Shown one piece after another: positions 61,501-64,000 of a DNA stretch of 64,000 bases. The translations under genes and the position numbers were made by a program. The notes beneath the pieces are model-generated. The model made no database searches and was not told the DNA's origin. It worked only from the letters and a program-made list of their open reading frames with translations. Each line of letters begins with the position of its first letter. The first letter of the stretch is position 1. The DNA is from Squalus acanthias. Its lineage: Eukaryota. The stretch covers positions 188,728,001 to 188,792,000 of the forward strand of contig CM059427.1 in assembly GCA_030390025.1 (NCBI GenBank). The letters run 5' to 3'.

Positions 61501-63914
61501 GTCCAAATCATCCTGGAGTTTCTCGGCATCCTCCTCACAGCACACACGCCCACCCAGCTTTGTGTCATCTGCAAACTTGGAGATATTACATCTAGTTCCC
61601 TTGTCTAGATCATGAATATATATTGTGAATAGCAGGGGTCCAAGGACCAATCCCTGCGGTACCCCACTAGTCACTGCCTGCCACTCGGAAAAAGACCCGT
61701 TTATTCCAACTCTTTGCTTTCTGTCTGCCAACCAGTTCGCTATCCAAGTTAATACCTTGCCCCCAATCCTATGTGCCTTAACTTTACACGCTAATCTCTT
61801 ATGCGGGACCTTATCGAAAACCTTTTGAAAGTCCAAATACACCACATCCACTGGTTCTCCCTCATCTATTTTACCAGTTACATCCTCAAAAAATTCCAGT
61901 AGATTAGACAAGCACGATTTACCTTTTGTAAATCCATGTTGACTTTGTCCGATCCTGCCACTGTTTTCCAAGTGCTCTGCTATTACATCTTTTATAATGG
62001 ACTCTAGCATTTTGCCCACTACTGATGTCAAGCTTACCTGTCTGTAATTCCCCGTTTTCTCTCTACAACCTTTTTTGAATAGTGGGGTAACAGTAGCTAC
62101 CCTCCAATCCATGGGTATTGTTCCAGATTCCATCGAATGTTGGAAGATGATCAGCAATGCATCTACTATTTCCAGGGCCACTTCCTTAAGTACCCTAAGA
62201 TGTAGATTATCAGGCCCTGGGGATTTATCGGCCTTCAATCCAGCCACTTTCCCTAACACCATTTCCCTACAAATACTGATTTCTTTCAGTTCCTCCCTTT
62301 CATCAGACCCTCTGTTCCCCGACGTCTCTGGGAGGTTATTTGTGTCCTCCTTTGTGAAGACAGAACCAAAATATGTATTTAATTGAGCTGCCATTTCTTT
62401 GTTCCCCATTATAACTTCCCCTGCTTCTGACTGCAAGGGAACTATGCTTGACTTCACCAATCTTTTTCTCTTCACATATCTATAAAAGCTTTTACAGTCA
62501 CTTTTTATGTTCCCTGAAAGCTTACACTCATATTTTATTTTCCCCTTATTAATTAATCCCTTTGTCCTCCTTTGTTGAATCCTAAACTGCTCCCAATCCT
62601 CAGGTTTACTGCTTTTTCTGGCCAATTTATATGTCCTCTCCTTGGATCTTATGCTATCCCTAATTTCCCTTGTTAGCCACGGTTGAGTCACCTTTTTTGT
62701 TTTATTCTTATGCCAAACTGGGTGAACAAATTCTGTAGTTCATACATGCAGTCTTTGAATGTTTGCCATTGCCTATCCACCATCAACCCTTTGAGTGACA
62801 TTCCCCAATCAATCCCACCAAACTCGCGCCTCATACCATCGTAGTTTCCTTTATTTAAGTTCACTCTCCATTTTAATGAAGAATTCTATCATATTATGAT
62901 CGCACCGACCCAAAGGGCCTCGTACAAAAAGATTGCTAATTAATCCTTTCTCATTACATAATACCCAGTCTAAGATGGCGTGTTCTCTGGTTGGTTCCTC
63001 GACATATTGGTCCAGGAAACCATCCCGTAAACACTCCAGGAATTCCTCCTCCACAGTATTGTTACTAATTTGGTTAGCCCAATCTATATGTACATTAAAG
63101 TCACCCATGATGACTGCTGTGCCCTTATTGCACGCTTCTCTAATTTCCCTTTTAATGCCATCCCCAACCTTCGCATTACTGTTTGGAGGTCGATATACCA
63201 CTCCCACTAACGTTTTCTGCCCCATGGTATTTCTCAGTTCTACCCATACAGATTCCACATCATCAGAGCTAATATCCTTCCTTACAATTGTGTTAATCCC
63301 CTCTTTAACCAGCAATGCTACGCCACCTCCCTTTCCTTTTTGACTATCTTTCCTGAATATTGAATACCCCTGGATGTTGAGTTCCCAGCCTTGGCCACCC
63401 TGGAGCCATGTTTCCGTAATCCCAATCAAATCATATTTGTTTACCTCTGTTTGCTCAAATTGATTCAACTCACCTTCACAGATAATGAACAACAGAGGGA
63501 ACCAAACTGCAGTAGTATAATTCCAAGCACAGAGCCAAACACTGAAGAAATTCATTACTTTTCTGTCACTTTTCAAAAGAGAAGACCAGGTAATTAACAA
63601 ATTATATTTTGACAGCAACATTTTGATCATTCTCTTTCAAACCTCTTAACCTCAATATTTAATTGTACTTGTATCAAAGGTCCTACCCTGGATGAACAAT
63701 CCAACCTGCAGCCTTCAGATGCTGTAAGTAGATCAGTATTCACTTCAAACTTAGTGCAACAATTGAATTAGAGTCCTTAAATAAATCTTTAGGATAATGA
63801 ACTGGATTCAAAGTGAAGCTAGAAAGCTAATGTCTTCTTTTCATATTTGCTCAGAATCAAGGAGCTGCAGATGGAAATGAATCATCCGTAATCTATGGCA
63901 CAGTAATTAAATAG
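40532..63914 (+). CDS. Gene B (complete): 531-aa four-Ig-domain (V-C2-V-C2) CD4/LAG-3/G6F-related receptor with two ITIMs; join(40532..40592,40931..41272,48903..49175,50368..50700,54736..55008,58676..58777,63482..63589,63680..63723,63855..63914)
   Basis: Nine exons with canonical splice sites, total 1596 nt, uninterrupted ATG-to-TAG frame. Encodes a signal peptide, 4 Ig domains, TM, and IHYFSV and VIYGTV motifs. Confidence 0.9.
40931..41272 (+). CDS. Gene B exon, V-like domain D1 (B-strand Cys absent)
   Basis: tttcttgcag|AAGAC...AAAG|gtaggt. [49 protein letters not shown]. Confidence 0.9.
42062..43212 (+). pseudogene. Harbinger DDE transposase (HARBI1-like), one frameshift (about 42500) and one stop (43000-43002)
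   Basis: [41 protein letters not shown] (catalytic D appears as N), [24 protein letters not shown]. Confidence 0.92.
43512..45256 (-). CDS. Harbinger Myb/SANT-like DNA-binding protein, 451 aa; complement(join(43512..44467,44627..44789,45020..45256))
   Basis: Three exons with GT-AG sites (AGG|gtgagt, ttgcag|GCC, G|gtaagg, ttcag|AT) in one open frame; N-terminal [21 protein letters not shown] domain. Confidence 0.85.
48903..49175 (+). CDS. Gene B exon, C2-like domain D2
   Basis: gatgtag|TTGAA...CTGT|gtaagt. [35 protein letters not shown]. Confidence 0.9.
49548..49830 (+). repeat. (GGTGTT/GGTTCTGAT)n low-complexity tandem repeat
   Basis: Directly visible. Confidence 0.9.
50368..50700 (+). CDS. 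Gene B exon, V-like domain D3
   Basis: attccag|CTGAA...AAAG|gtatgg. [27 protein letters not shown]; 333 nt, same length as gene A D3. Confidence 0.92.
51115..51357. mobile_element. Penelope-like element remnant with inverted terminal segment
   Basis: About 75-bp inverted repeat (51115-51188 vs 51247-51323), GCTCCGAAAGCTTGTGA motif, and 13-bp TSD TATGATAGGATTA. Confidence 0.75.
51500..52933 (+). mobile_element. 5'-truncated degenerate CR1 LINE
   Basis: RT ORF fragments 51683-51889, 52121-52405 and 52451-52873. Confidence 0.9.
53365..54195 (-). mobile_element. CR1-group LINE 3' fragment, same family as 3365-4348
   Basis: [28 protein letters not shown] and a shared 3' UTR. Confidence 0.85.
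54736..55008 (+). CDS. Gene B exon, C2-like domain D4
   Basis: tttgcag|TGACA...AATG|gtaaga. [33 protein letters not shown] has the WxC motif. Confidence 0.92.
56871..57271. mobile_element. CpG-rich MITE-like insertion
   Basis: GGCCTAGAAAAC / GAATTTTTGGCCC imperfect terminal inverted motifs; abrupt composition change. Confidence 0.45.
57432..57962 (-). mobile_element. CR1 3' fragment
   Basis: WNSLP..KGIKGY ORF remnant and CR1 tail. Confidence 0.85.
58676..58777 (+). CDS. Gene B transmembrane exon
   Basis: ttttttcag|AGATT...CCAG|gtaaga. [34 protein letters not shown]. Confidence 0.9.
58870..59790 (+). mobile_element. Degenerate Harbinger Myb-gene last-exon remnant
   Basis: [23 protein letters not shown].. 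resembles ..[16 protein letters not shown].. in the Myb gene's last exon (43512-44467). Confidence 0.55.
60644..63447 (-). mobile_element. CR1 LINE, near full ORF2 with frameshifts, in the last long intron of gene B
   Basis: EN/RT ORFs 62851-63447, 61378-62691 and 60736-61287; same subfamily as 23240-26160. Confidence 0.95.
63482..63589 (+). CDS. Gene B cytoplasmic exon 1 (IHYFSV, ITIM)
   Basis: ttcacag|ATAAT...CCAG|gtaatt. [36 protein letters not shown]. Confidence 0.85.
63680..63723 (+). CDS. Gene B cytoplasmic exon 2 (44 nt spacer)
   Basis: atcaaag|GTCCT...TGCT|gtaagt. [15 protein letters not shown]. Confidence 0.85.
63855..63914 (+). CDS. Gene B terminal coding exon (VIYGTV, ITIM)
   Basis: tttgctcag|AATCAA... 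[19 protein letters not shown]. Confidence 0.87.
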   Translation, partial: NQGAADGNESSVIYGTVIK

Positions 63915-64000
63915 AACATCCTAGTTTGCATGTGGATGATTTGAGGAAGAAAGGATGGAAGAAACAAAGATACTTTTTTTGTCAAAGTATGGATGTTTAT

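Noticed and set aside
62851-63630. 259-aa ORF as a LINE endonuclease fused to a novel N-terminus
   Set aside because: The N-terminal part is chance antisense read-through across the gene B exon; LINE homology stops at about 63447. The same applies to the first residues of 23188-24132.
40532-63914. Calling gene B (or A) CD4 or LAG3
   Set aside because: No CxC/CxH Lck motif, no LAG-3-type acidic EP-repeat tail, D1 not split by an intron, and no syntenic neighbours visible; symbol left blank.

Overview
Vertebrate genomic DNA, almost certainly from a shark or other elasmobranch: it carries HE1/V-SINE, SacSINE1/DeuSINE-like SINEs and CR1/HER1 LINEs with (TTTCTATG)n tails. The host content is two tandem, + strand paralogous immunoglobulin-superfamily receptor genes. 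The ORF track only shows them as fragments, so I assembled them from GT-AG exons. Gene A is 5'-partial (D3-D4-TM plus 5 cytoplasmic exons, 4482-23084). Gene B is complete (signal peptide, V-C2-V-C2 ectodomain, TM, 3 cytoplasmic exons, 40532-63914, 1596 nt / 531 aa). The ectodomain is CD4/LAG-3/G6F-like (WxC in D4). The tails lack an Lck-binding CxC/CxH motif and instead carry ITIM/ITSM-type tyrosines; gene A also has a YxN motif. This looks like a family of inhibitory CD4-related receptors. The rest is transposable elements: a full-length PIF/Harbinger element (TIRs, TAA TSD, broken transposase, intact 3-exon Myb/SANT gene); several Harbinger MITEs and a hAT MITE; many CR1 copies, one with an intact ORF2; and a degenerate LTR retrovirus-like element with gag, integrase and an env-like ORF. 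Also present are an LTR fold-back unit with a 4-bp TSD carrying a tRNA-Phe/HE1-SINE chimera, and a Penelope-type inverted remnant.
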